DNA of 64,000 bases. Origin: an uncultured Gemmatimonadaceae bacterium. Its GTDB lineage: Bacteria; Gemmatimonadota; Gemmatimonadetes; Gemmatimonadales; Gemmatimonadaceae. The first letter of the stretch is position 1, and each line of letters begins with the position of its first letter. Of this stretch, positions 1 through 9,264 are shown in pieces. Made by a program: the position numbers and the translations under genes. The notes below the pieces were generated by a model. The model was given only the letters and a program-made list of their open reading frames with translations. It was not told the origin of the DNA and searched no databases. Location of the stretch: assembly GCA_963740355.1 (NCBI GenBank), contig CAVUDW010000002.1:448001-512000 (forward strand). The letters are read 5' to 3'.

Positions 1-1542
1 CACCCCAGGCACGCTGCCGCTCGCCAGCGCCATGCCGAAGTTGATGCGATTGAGGATCGCGCCGGTGTTGATCCAGCCGTCACCCGTTTCTGGCCACCCG
101 TTCGGTGCCTGGTGCTGGTAGATCCCCTGACCCAGCCGTGCCACGATGGCCGCGGATCGTGGCGTCGTATCGATCATGGCATCCATCGCGCGCAGCGCGC
201 TCACGACGACTTCGAATGGAGACTTCACCTTCGCGCGCCATGCCGCGGCCGAGAAGAACTCCTCACTGGTGACGATCGTCCGCACGACCTCGCGCAGGTC
301 ACCGTCCGTGCGACGGAAGGTCGCGGCCGCCCGCGCCACCAATGCCGCAGGCGGTGTATCGCTCACGAAGCGCTGGGCCAGCTTGGTCGCGATGAACTTC
401 GCGGTCGACGGGTGGCGCGCCAGCAGGTCGAGCAGGCGCTCACCCTCGGCCTCGCCCTGGCCCGCTGGAAAGACGGTACCCAGCACCATCTTCGCTCCTG
501 CATCGTGCACCAGCGGATTGAAGCGAAACGCGGCGGACTCGTTGGGCTTCTCGATGCTCCAGCCGGTCAGCACCCGTGCCGCTTCCGTCACGTCCGACTG
601 CGTGTAGCCGCCGTCCACGCCCAGCGTGTGCAGTTCCATCAGTTCACGGGCGTAGTTCTCGTTCAGCCCGCGACGTCGCTGCTGCACCCGTGCCAGCACC
701 GTGTCCCGTTGATTCGGTGACATCCGTTGCATCGCTGGCGACCGCTGCACGTATCGGCGCTGTGCGGCACGCGCGACGCGCTGCGGCACCAGCGTGGGTC
801 GCGTGCTGTCGGCCGCACTCTGCCAGTTGTCCAGGTAGTACAGCATGGCAGGGCTGTGAGCCACGGCGCCCAGCAGCACCCGAAACTTGCCCAGCACGTG
901 CGGACGAATGGCGTCTCGCTCGTACGACACGAGATAGTGGCGCATGCCGGCGCTCTTGCCGGCGAAGACATTGAAATGATTGAGCCAGAAATCGGTGAGT
1001 ACCTCATCCAGCTGGCGTTCGCTCAGTACGGCGCGGGCAACGCGTGACGACACCAGTTCCTGGCCGACGACCTGTGCGCGGCGGCGCGCCGCCACGAACT
1101 GCATGGAATCCTCTCGTGATACCTGCATCGAGTCGCGCGGCATGCCGGCCATCGCCTGGCGTGCCAGCCGTCGCAGCACCGGATTTGGCGGATACTCGTC
1201 GAGCAGTGCCGGCAGCGACAGACGCAGCGTCCTGTACTGTGCGATGACAGAATCACCGGCCGCATCGGCAACGCGCGCTGGCTCCAGTTGTGCCGCAATC
1301 CACCGATCGACGCCAAGCTCTCGCACAGCTTGCACATCGCCCGGTCGCGCACCGAAGGCGAGTCGGTTGAGTGCGTGCAGGACCTGCTGGTCTGCCGTCT
1401 GCTCCCGCGACGCGATACTCGCCGCGTCCGGCACCGGCAGGCCGCGGGTGTTCACGCCGTCACGCGCACCAGGCGTTCCGCTGCTCGCACAGGCTGTCAC
1501 ACCAACAAGCAGGACGTACAGCGCAGTTCGGCTCGAACCCAC
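1..1542 (-). CDS. DUF1800 family protein, probable lipoprotein (3' end runs off the window)
   Basis: Translated by hand on the minus strand: GTG at 1542 with GGAG upstream; N-terminus MGSSRTALYVLLVGVTAC; motifs QQVLHALNRLAFGARPG, FWLNHFNV, NENYARELMELHTLGV, QAPNGWPE..WINTGAILNRINF. Absent from the ORF track because its stop lies outside the window. Confidence 0.85.
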   Translation of the reverse strand, partial: MGSSRTALYVLLVGVTACASSGTPGARDGVNTRGLPVPDAASIASREQTADQQVLHALNRLAFGARPGDVQAVRELGVDRWIAAQLEPARVADAAGDSVIAQYRTLRLSLPALLDEYPPNPVLRRLARQAMAGMPRDSMQVSREDSMQFVAARRRAQVVGQELVSSRVARAVLSERQLDEVLTDFWLNHFNVFAGKSAGMRHYLVSYERDAIRPHVLGKFRVLLGAVAHSPAMLYYLDNWQSAADSTRPTLVPQRVARAAQRRYVQRSPAMQRMSPNQRDTVLARVQQRRRGLNENYARELMELHTLGVDGGYTQSDVTEAARVLTGWSIEKPNESAAFRFNPLVHDAGAKMVLGTVFPAGQGEAEGERLLDLLARHPSTAKFIATKLAQRFVSDTPPAALVARAAATFRRTDGDLREVVRTIVTSEEFFSAAAWRAKVKSPFEVVVSALRAMDAMIDTTPRSAAIVARLGQGIYQHQAPNGWPETGDGWINTGAILNRINFGMALASGSVPGV

Positions 1543-1759
1543 AGGCAACTCCGGGAAGAAAGGCTTCGCTGCGCTGACGTCGCCGCCGCAGGCCGCGTTA
1601 AGGACCAGGCAGGAGTCCGTGACAATCGCACAGGCCACGGCGTCTGCAACCTGATGTCCCCGGCGCTGTCTGCACGCCGACTTTCGCCTTAGTATCCTCA
1701 ACATCGAGCATGTTCCAGCGCAGCGCCGCCCGGACATCAGTCCCGCGACACCAGAGCCC

Positions 1760-4700
1760 TTGCTGAACGAACAGCCTGTCGACGACCTGACCGGACTGCC
1801 CTTGCGCGGCGCGTTCGTCGCTGCCGCGGCCGATGCCATCGCCAATGCGCGTGCTGCACAGGGTGAGTGTGCGCTGCTCGTCATCGATGTCGACCAGTTC
1901 AAGCTCGTCAACGACACCTACGGTCACCTGAAGGGCGACGCGGTGCTCGTACTCGTCGGTGAGCTCCTCCGCCGCACCCTGCGGGCAGGGGATCTGGCGG
2001 CACGCTGGGGTGGCGACGAGTTCGTGGCGCTGCTGCCAGGTGCCCCCATCTCGCGCGCCCGCGATGTCGCCGAGCGGCTCGGAGCGGCGATCCGTGGCCA
2101 TGGTGGCCTGAGCGAAGCCGGTGCTCCGCCACTGTCGATCTCCGTCAGCATCGGCGTCGCATCATTCCCAGCCCACGGCAACGACCCCGAGGCGCTGTTT
2201 GCGGCCGCCGATCGTGCGATGTATCAGGTCAAGCGTCGCGGCCGCGATGGCGTCGCTGTCTCCGGTGGAGCGCACGGCGCTGCGATGATGCCAGCGCTCG
2301 ACCGTTTCGTCGGTCGGAGCGAGGAACTGCGTGGCCTCGTCCGATTGCTCGACGAAGCCTCCCGGGGCCATCCGCACACCGTTGCCGTGCTCGGCGAGGC
2401 AGGTGTCGGCAAGACCACCCTTCTGCGCCAGCTCGAGCCGGAGATTCGCCTGCGTGGCGGCTCGATGGTCGTTGGTCGCGCGCTGGATGCTGTGATGGTG
2501 CAGCCGCCCTATGCGCCATGGATCGAGATCGTCGAGGCGCTGGAACGACAGAAGTTGCAGCCGTCGGACCCGCGGACGCACACGGCGCCAGCACCGGATA
2601 CGTCGCTGCAGACGACCTCGCCGACTCCCGGCGGCACGCCCAGCGCGGCCTCGCTCGCCACGCTCTTCGCCGACGGCGGTGTGTCGCCACTGGGCATGCG
2701 CATCCCGACCACGCCGGCGCAGAACCGTGCCATGCCGACCGAGGGGGCACGCTGGCCGGAGCTCTCGCGCATCGTGCCGGCGCTGGCCACGAGCACCAGC
2801 GGCGCACCCATGCCGACCGGCAGCAAGTTCGCGTTGCTCGTCGAATTGGCGAACTACATCACCGAAGCCGCGATGCGCCGACCGCTCGTCATCGTGCTCG
2901 ATGACATGCAGTGCGCCGACGCCGCCACCTGGGACGCCCTCGAACACGTCGTCACGCAACTCGAAAACGAGCCGGTGCTGCTCTGCCTCACGCTCCGCAT
3001 GGAGGATGTCACCCCCGACATCCATGAGCGGATGCGCAAGCTGGTGCACAACCGCCGGATTCATGAGCAAGCACTCGCGCGCCTGACGCGGGACGAACTG
3101 CGACGCTGGGTCGACACCGCCTTCTACGGCCAGGAGATCGAGCGCGAATTCCTCGCCTATCTCTATCGGCAGACGGAGGGGAACCCGCTGCTCGTGGTCC
3201 AGACGCTGCGGACGCTGGTGGACGAAGGCGACATCTGGTGGGAGAAGGATCGCTGGCACTGGCACCCGGTGTCTGAGCTGCGTCTCCCCAATGGCGTGCT
3301 CGACCTGATGGGCCGTCGCCTCGCCAAGCTGAGCGCTGCCGATCGTGATGTGCTCACCGTCGCGGCGGTCATCGGGCGCGAATTCGACCTCGGTGTGCTG
3401 CAGGATGCCGCGCGTGTCACCACGCAGGCGCTGCACGATGCGATCGAAAGCGGGGTCCGCGCCAGCGTGATTCAACCGGCGCATGGTCGTGGCAGTGACC
3501 GATATGTCTTCGTGCATACGCTCCTGATCGAGGCCCTCTGTAAACCGCTCGATGCGCGACGGATGCAGCGCACCCACGATCGTGTCGCACAGGCGCTCCG
3601 CAAACGCATGCCCGACGCGGTCGCAGAAATCGCGATGCACTTCGATCGGGCCGACGATGCCGTGCAGGCGCACGCCTTTGCGCTCGCGGCCAGCGAGCGG
3701 GCGCGACGCGTCTACGCCCACGAGGAAGCCGAGGAGTTCCTGCGGATCGCCGAGCGCCACGCGCCCGACCCGGCCGCCGTCGCGGCGGTGCGCATCGCGA
3801 TGGCGGAAGTCGCGGAACTCCGTGGACGCTACGCCGAGGCCGAAGAGACCTGCGCGCTGGCGCTCGACTGGTACGCGGCACGCGCCGATCATCGCCAGAC
3901 GCTTCGCCTTCGCCGCATGCGTGAACGGCTGCGCGCCTTGCTCGGTGAGCCGGCAAAGGTCACGCTGCAGGCCTGTGAACAGCTGGTCACCGATGCCGCA
4001 GAGCTGGGCGCTGATGACGAGCGCGTTGCGCTGCTTGGGATGCTGGCCGCCACACATCTGCGACTCGGCGAACGCGCAGCGGCAGTCACGACGGCCCGCG
4101 AAGCGGTGATGCTGGCCGGCAATCTCGGCGATGATTCGCTGCTGGCCGAGGCGCTGGTGCGGCTCGGCATCGCGCTCGATGCCGATGACTCCGGCGAGGC
4201 TGAAACGAGCTATCGCCGCGCGCTCGCGCTCTACGAACACCTGCAGGATGCACGCGGTCAGGCGCGCTGCTGGGATCGCATTGGCGTGGTGGCTGCGCAA
4301 CGTGCCCAATGGAATGAGGCACGGACGGCGCTGCGGCGCGCCATCGACCTCGGACGCACGGCTGGTACACCCGACGAGTGGGGGTTGGCGGCGCTCGACC
4401 TTGGTGTGGTGGCTCGCCGCACCGGCGACCTCGAGCAGGCGCGTGAATTATTCGGCGATGCGCTGGCGCTGTTTGCGGCGGTGCAGAACAGTGAGCGCCA
4501 GCTCCTCGCGCTCTATCATCTGGCGCATCTCGACCGCGAGCGCGGCGAGTTAGCCGCCGCCGCCGATCTCTACGATGTGGCGGCGTCGTTGGCAGAGCGT
4601 GTTGGACAGCACGACGTGGAAGTTGGCGCGGTGTCTGGCGCCGGCCTCTGCCGCTTGCGCCTCGGCGAACGTAACCGCGCCCAGCAGTGCCTGGCGAAAG

Positions 4701-5002
4701 CGGAGTCGCTGGTCGCCGGCCGCGACGGGTGGTTCCCCGGTCGCGAACTGCAGGATGCGCTAGCCGTCGAACTGCTCGCGGCGATCGGTGATGGCAGCGC
4801 GGCGGCTGCTCGACTCACGGAAGCATGGCATCGCGCGAAGGTCGTCGACGCCTGGGCCGCGAACTGGTTGCTGGCGGAGGTGACGCCGACGCTCAATCGT
4901 CTCGCGCCCGCGGTGCTGGCACGGTTGCGCAGCGAAAGCGAAGGCGGCGCGAGCGATGATCTGCCCCGCGCCGCCATCGATGCCATGAAACCGTACGAGT
5001 GA
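1760..5002 (+). CDS. Diguanylate cyclase (GGDEF) fused to a STAND-type AAA ATPase and TPR repeats
   Basis: DDLTGL, IDVDQFKLVNDTYGH, RAGD..RWGGDEF; then FVGRSEEL, Walker A GEAGVGKT, Walker B LVIVLDD, TEGNPL, AAVIGREF; helical TPR-like C-terminal half. Confidence 0.85.
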   Translation: MLNEQPVDDLTGLPLRGAFVAAAADAIANARAAQGECALLVIDVDQFKLVNDTYGHLKGDAVLVLVGELLRRTLRAGDLAARWGGDEFVALLPGAPISRARDVAERLGAAIRGHGGLSEAGAPPLSISVSIGVASFPAHGNDPEALFAAADRAMYQVKRRGRDGVAVSGGAHGAAMMPALDRFVGRSEELRGLVRLLDEASRGHPHTVAVLGEAGVGKTTLLRQLEPEIRLRGGSMVVGRALDAVMVQPPYAPWIEIVEALERQKLQPSDPRTHTAPAPDTSLQTTSPTPGGTPSAASLATLFADGGVSPLGMRIPTTPAQNRAMPTEGARWPELSRIVPALATSTSGAPMPTGSKFALLVELANYITEAAMRRPLVIVLDDMQCADAATWDALEHVVTQLENEPVLLCLTLRMEDVTPDIHERMRKLVHNRRIHEQALARLTRDELRRWVDTAFYGQEIEREFLAYLYRQTEGNPLLVVQTLRTLVDEGDIWWEKDRWHWHPVSELRLPNGVLDLMGRRLAKLSAADRDVLTVAAVIGREFDLGVLQDAARVTTQALHDAIESGVRASVIQPAHGRGSDRYVFVHTLLIEALCKPLDARRMQRTHDRVAQALRKRMPDAVAEIAMHFDRADDAVQAHAFALAASERARRVYAHEEAEEFLRIAERHAPDPAAVAAVRIAMAEVAELRGRYAEAEETCALALDWYAARADHRQTLRLRRMRERLRALLGEPAKVTLQACEQLVTDAAELGADDERVALLGMLAATHLRLGERAAAVTTAREAVMLAGNLGDDSLLAEALVRLGIALDADDSGEAETSYRRALALYEHLQDARGQARCWDRIGVVAAQRAQWNEARTALRRAIDLGRTAGTPDEWGLAALDLGVVARRTGDLEQARELFGDALALFAAVQNSERQLLALYHLAHLDRERGELAAAADLYDVAASLAERVGQHDVEVGAVSGAGLCRLRLGERNRAQQCLAKAESLVAGRDGWFPGRELQDALAVELLAAIGDGSAAAARLTEAWHRAKVVDAWAANWLLAEVTPTLNRLAPAVLARLRSESEGGASDDLPRAAIDAMKPYE

Positions 5003-5040
5003 TGCCGCGCTGACGCGTCGCGAACGAACTCGCTGCGTGC

Positions 5041-5754
5041 TCAGGCGCGCAGCATGTACCCGGTGCCGCGCACCGTATGCAGCAGCTGCGGACCGTCCGC
5101 GCCATCGATCTTCTTGCGCAGGTAGTTGATGTACACGTCCACGATGTTGGTTGACGGGTCGAACTCCGTCTTCCACACATGCTCCGCGATCTGCTCGCGC
5201 GTGACTGCGCGACCCGCGTGCTTCATCAGGTACTCGAGCAGCGCATATTCCTTCTGCGTCAACGAGATCTGCGCACCATCGCGTGTCACTTCGCGTGACA
5301 CCGTGTCGAGCTGCAGCGTGCCGACGCGCAACAGCAACTCCTCGTCGCGCAGTGTCGAGCGCCGGAGCAGTGCGCGGACTCGCGCGACCAGTTCGTCGAC
5401 ATCGAACGGCTTCACGAGGTAGTCGTCGGCACCGGCGTCGAGGCCCGCCACACGATCACCGATCGTGACCCGGGCCGTGAGCATCAGTACCGGCGCACGG
5501 AACCCTCGTTCTCGCAGTTCACGCGCGACGTCGAGACCGTTCGCCTTTGGGAGCCCAATGTCAAGAATGAGCAGGTCGGGCGCCTGGTCGATCGCGATCG
5601 CCAGACCGGACTCGCCGTCCTGTGCGGTGAGCACGTCGTAGCCGCTCTCTGTGAGCGTGCGTGAAACAACTTCGAGTACTTCCGCCCGATCCTCGACCAC
5701 GAGCACCGTCGCTCGTGTCCGCTCCGTCGTCGTCGTCGTTGTCATGTCAGGCAA
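5041..5754 (-). CDS. OmpR/PhoB-family two-component response regulator
   Basis: VLVVED, LILDIGLP, LMLTA, GADDYLVKPF; winged-helix LTQKEYALL, VDVYINYLRKK, TVRGTGY. Confidence 0.93.
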   Translation of the reverse strand: MPDMTTTTTTERTRATVLVVEDRAEVLEVVSRTLTESGYDVLTAQDGESGLAIAIDQAPDLLILDIGLPKANGLDVARELRERGFRAPVLMLTARVTIGDRVAGLDAGADDYLVKPFDVDELVARVRALLRRSTLRDEELLLRVGTLQLDTVSREVTRDGAQISLTQKEYALLEYLMKHAGRAVTREQIAEHVWKTEFDPSTNIVDVYINYLRKKIDGADGPQLLHTVRGTGYMLRA

Positions 5755-6043
5755 AGTAGGGCTCGTCGCGCCGTCGGCAAGTCGTGACAGAAGTCATGAA
5801 TTAACGCTAACCGCAAAACGGTGTTCCCCCGAATGTGACGAGATGATGTCAGTCGGTCGATTCCTCTGGTGACGCGATCAATCCGGATGCAGTATCCGAG
5901 ATGGTACGACGCTTGCGGGCGTCAGGCCGGTGGGAACAGCGGGGTCCGGGGGTGCGCTACGCTATCAGGGATGGCCGGACTCGAAGGGTGTTCCCGTTGG
6001 CGCGGAATTGGCCGCACCAAAGCCGTGTTGATCACGGGGAGGG

Positions 6044-6532
6044 GTGTCGATGATTGATGTGTTCGTTCGGATGGCTGCGACGCCGGTATTGGCTGGCGTG
6101 GTGGCTGAATCGGTGCGGTGGGGTGCCGGCGCGGATCCGGCAGCACCACGGCATCAGGTCGTGACACTCTTCGGCGACCCCTCGGTCACGCATCTCGCCT
6201 GGGCACTGGCGGCATCGAATCGCGGATTGCCAGACGCCGTATGGCGAATTGCCGAGGATGGCAGCGCGGCCGCGGCGGAGTTGTCGGTCGCGACGACCGT
6301 GTTGAATGAAGACGCGGCGGTGTTGCTCAGCAACAATGGGCCACAGCTGCGGACGGCCATTGCGCACCTGCTCAATGTGCGTGGCCAGGAAGAACACAGC
6401 GCGGCGATCCGCGTTGCGATCAAGCAGTGGGCATTCGGCGATCTCGACGGCGACGCCATGCTGGCGGCGCTCCGTGAAGCGGAAGGCAACTGCAGCGACG
6501 TCGAACCGTTGGAGGATGACCTCGCAGCCTGA
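6044..6532 (+). CDS. Hypothetical protein
   Basis: 162-aa ORF with GGGGAGGGG RBS-like run upstream; fills an otherwise empty gap; no recognisable motif. Confidence 0.5.
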   Translation: MSMIDVFVRMAATPVLAGVVAESVRWGAGADPAAPRHQVVTLFGDPSVTHLAWALAASNRGLPDAVWRIAEDGSAAAAELSVATTVLNEDAAVLLSNNGPQLRTAIAHLLNVRGQEEHSAAIRVAIKQWAFGDLDGDAMLAALREAEGNCSDVEPLEDDLAA

Positions 6533-6621
6533 TCAGTCAGTGACGTCTGGTTGATATATCAACGGTGCATCGTTGGTGATCACGGACCCAGTACCGGCCG
6601 TGCAGGAGTGGTGGAAAGACA

Positions 6622-6660
6622 CGATGGGCCCGCCGATGACTCTCATCGGCGGGCCCATCG
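6622..6660. terminator. Perfect 18-bp stem hairpin between convergent genes (probable bidirectional terminator)
   Basis: CGATGGGCCCGCCGATGA-CTC-TCATCGGCGGGCCCATCG. Confidence 0.7.
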
Positions 6661-6705
6661 GCCATTCCATCGCATCCGGTCTGCTTTCCCCGACGTCGCT
6701 CCCGA

Positions 6706-8391
6706 TCAGGGAATCTTCGTCGTCTCCTGCTGTGCCAGCTTGACCGCCTCGTAGGCATTGATGATTCCGCCCGACGCCGAGAGCGATGCGAATGGCACCT
6801 TCGCGGTCCGACTGCCTGGCTTCAACACCATCTGGTTCGGGAACTTCGTTACCGTCGCCATCAGGATGCGCTTCACATCGACGGCCGTCAGGGACGGGAA
6901 CTGGGACATCAGCAGCGCCGCGACGCCGCTCACTACCGGTGCCGCGACGCTGGTGCCGTCTTCGCGTGCGAACTGATCACCCAGCGCCGCCGCAAAGATC
7001 GAAACGCCCGGCGCGAACAGGTCCACCTTGGTGCTGCCATAGTTCGTGAAGTCTGCCGCGAGGCGATCACCCGCGCGCCAGCTCGAGGCACCGACATCGA
7101 TCCAGGTGGCTGCGCGTCCGTCTGCCGGCGTCGCATAGCTCGAGCTCGGGAAGGTCGGGGTGGCATCCACGTCCGTGCTCTCGTTCCCCGAGGCATGGAC
7201 CAGCAGCACGCCCTTCGACACGGCGTACTGCACGGCGCTGTCAACGGCTGCCTTGCCCGGCGAGTACGGCTTGCCGAACGACATGTTGATGATCTGCGCG
7301 CCCGCGTTCACCGCGTACCGGATGCCATTCGCGACATCCTTATCGTACTCGTCGCCGTTTGGCACCACGCGCACCGGCAGGATCCGGACACCGGGGGCGA
7401 CACCGACAAATCCGCTGTCGCCGCTCACTGCTCCAATCACGCTGGCAACCGCGGTGCCGTGCGACGCATCGGGACCGGTCACGTTCGCGTTGCCGTAGTT
7501 CCGGCCCATCGCCGGCGTGTCGCCGATCAGTTTCCGCCCGTCGTAGGCGAGGTTGAAGCCATAGTTGAGGCGACCTTCGACCTGCTTCCTCGCGGCACGG
7601 GAGACGTTCACCGTCAATCCGTTCGACGCGTACATCTGCAGTCGCTGCAGCGCGGCACGGGCTTCCGGCGACTTCGGCGACATCCTGGCCAGCATCGCAT
7701 CGGTGATCGCGGACTTCGTCACCCCGTTGTCCTTCGCGACCGTCGCCAGCAACGAATCGTATTCCGTGAGCACGGGGCGCAAGCCACTCCACTGGCCAGC
7801 GGCCTCGTCACGTGCCGCGGTGTACTCCGACTCGAGCTGCGCACAGGGCGTCGAGACGAGGCTCTTCCCCGCGTTGGCACGACAGGCGGCGACCAATCGC
7901 GTCAGCTCGAGTCGGTCATCGTCGATGTTGCCGTTCGCGCCACCGATGAAGTTCCAGCCGCGCGCATCGTCGACGTAGCCGTTGCCATCGTCATCGCGCC
8001 CGTTGGCTGGTGTCTCGCGCGTGTTCAGCACCAGTGCACTGCGCAGCGCGGTGTGAGCGGTATCCACACCGCCATCGATCACGGCGACCGTGATCACCCG
8101 CTTCGGTGGCGCATTGCGCAGCAGTTCGGTGATCGCGCGGCGCGCGCCGACACCCGCAACGCCATCCGTGGCGGGATCGAGCAGATGCCAGTCCGCCGGC
8201 GCGCTGTTGTACGTCACCTTCGGCGTCGCCTGAGGAGTCGGCGCCGCCGGCTGTGCTGCCGGTGGCGTTGGCGTGACAGCCACAGGTGCTGCCTGCGGCG
8301 CTGGCGCCGTGACAGGACGCGATGGGGCGCAGGCGGCAAGGCTCAGCGCACCGTAGACGAGCGCCACACGGGCGCGGCCACGTTCGATCAT
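6706..8391 (-). CDS. S8 subtilisin-family serine peptidase, lipoprotein
   Basis: Triad motifs VAVIDGG, HGTAVAS, GTSVAAPVVSG; lipobox LAAC; start reassigned to MIERGR at 8391. Confidence 0.92.
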   Translation of the reverse strand: MIERGRARVALVYGALSLAACAPSRPVTAPAPQAAPVAVTPTPPAAQPAAPTPQATPKVTYNSAPADWHLLDPATDGVAGVGARRAITELLRNAPPKRVITVAVIDGGVDTAHTALRSALVLNTRETPANGRDDDGNGYVDDARGWNFIGGANGNIDDDRLELTRLVAACRANAGKSLVSTPCAQLESEYTAARDEAAGQWSGLRPVLTEYDSLLATVAKDNGVTKSAITDAMLARMSPKSPEARAALQRLQMYASNGLTVNVSRAARKQVEGRLNYGFNLAYDGRKLIGDTPAMGRNYGNANVTGPDASHGTAVASVIGAVSGDSGFVGVAPGVRILPVRVVPNGDEYDKDVANGIRYAVNAGAQIINMSFGKPYSPGKAAVDSAVQYAVSKGVLLVHASGNESTDVDATPTFPSSSYATPADGRAATWIDVGASSWRAGDRLAADFTNYGSTKVDLFAPGVSIFAAALGDQFAREDGTSVAAPVVSGVAALLMSQFPSLTAVDVKRILMATVTKFPNQMVLKPGSRTAKVPFASLSASGGIINAYEAVKLAQQETTKIP

Positions 8392-8401
8392 CCGATTCCC
8401 C

Positions 8402-9157
8402 TCAAACCTTGTGAAAGCTGATCCGTGCCGCCTCGCGGCGATCCTCGGCGGTGTAGATCTCGAAATCACTGAAGAATGCCGGGGCTTCGACGGCGAGCAG
8501 ACGGAGCGCGGCGACCGCCATGCGGCGAATCTCCAGCTCCGCCGCTTCGCTCGAACGCAGCTCGAGCATCGTCCGCCAGGCGCGCGCATTGGCGGTCACC
8601 ACGATCTTCGTCTCGGTCGAATTGGGCAATACACCGCGCGCTGCTTCGCGAGCCATCTTGCGCCGATGGACCTTGTCCGCCACCCAGCCGTAGCGCTGCA
8701 TCAGTTCGTCCACGAGATGGATGTAGGCGCTCTGCGCTGACTCGATCTGCGCACGCCATGCGGTCTCGAGCGGCGCATCACCAACCATGGCCGGCGGCAC
8801 AACGAACGCCGCCTCGCTTTCGTCCACATAGCGCTGGCTCAGCTGTGAATACGCGAAGCCCGCGCGATGCCGCACCAGCTCGTGCGTCAGTGAACGGCTC
8901 ACGCCCTCGAACAGGATCGCGTAGTTCGCGTGCTCGAGCACACTGCCGTGGCCCTGCTTCTTGATGTTCTCGAGATAGTCGCGCGTTGTGCGACCGGCCG
9001 GGTTGCGCTGGCTCATGTAGCAGAGGCGCCCAGCGAATTCGGCCAGCTTCTCGCCATCCGTCGCCTCTCCGAGCCACGCCACGCCCAGGTGTTCCGGCTC
9101 GAGGAACTGCGGGCGGGACAAGAGTGTCAGGCGGGGCTCGGTATAGAACTCAGGCAC
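8402..9157 (-). CDS. thyX: FAD-dependent thymidylate synthase
   Basis: GHGSVLEH and ThyX signature SRSLTHELVRHR..SQLSQRYV; AELEIR. Confidence 0.95.
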   Translation of the reverse strand: MPEFYTEPRLTLLSRPQFLEPEHLGVAWLGEATDGEKLAEFAGRLCYMSQRNPAGRTTRDYLENIKKQGHGSVLEHANYAILFEGVSRSLTHELVRHRAGFAYSQLSQRYVDESEAAFVVPPAMVGDAPLETAWRAQIESAQSAYIHLVDELMQRYGWVADKVHRRKMAREAARGVLPNSTETKIVVTANARAWRTMLELRSSEAAELEIRRMAVAALRLLAVEAPAFFSDFEIYTAEDRREAARISFHKV

Positions 9158-9264
9158 GGTCAGGTCAGGCTGATGGTGGGGTCGGAGGCGGACAAACCGC
9201 TCTCAAACCTACCCACCCACCCTTGGCCTTGGTGTCGGACAAACAGCCCTGCGGCGCCGTCCGC

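Noticed and set aside
2162..4309. 715-aa antisense ORF, and similar long shadow ORFs (7195-8421, 36904-38100, 57484-59073, 59211-60326, 62616-63749)
   Set aside because: They mirror well-supported genes on the opposite strand, lack motifs, and are expected from stop-codon scarcity in high-GC coding DNA
5755..6043. Possible riboswitch or ncRNA in the long intergenic region
   Set aside because: No recognisable conserved motif or convincing structure by eye; a covariance-model search would be needed
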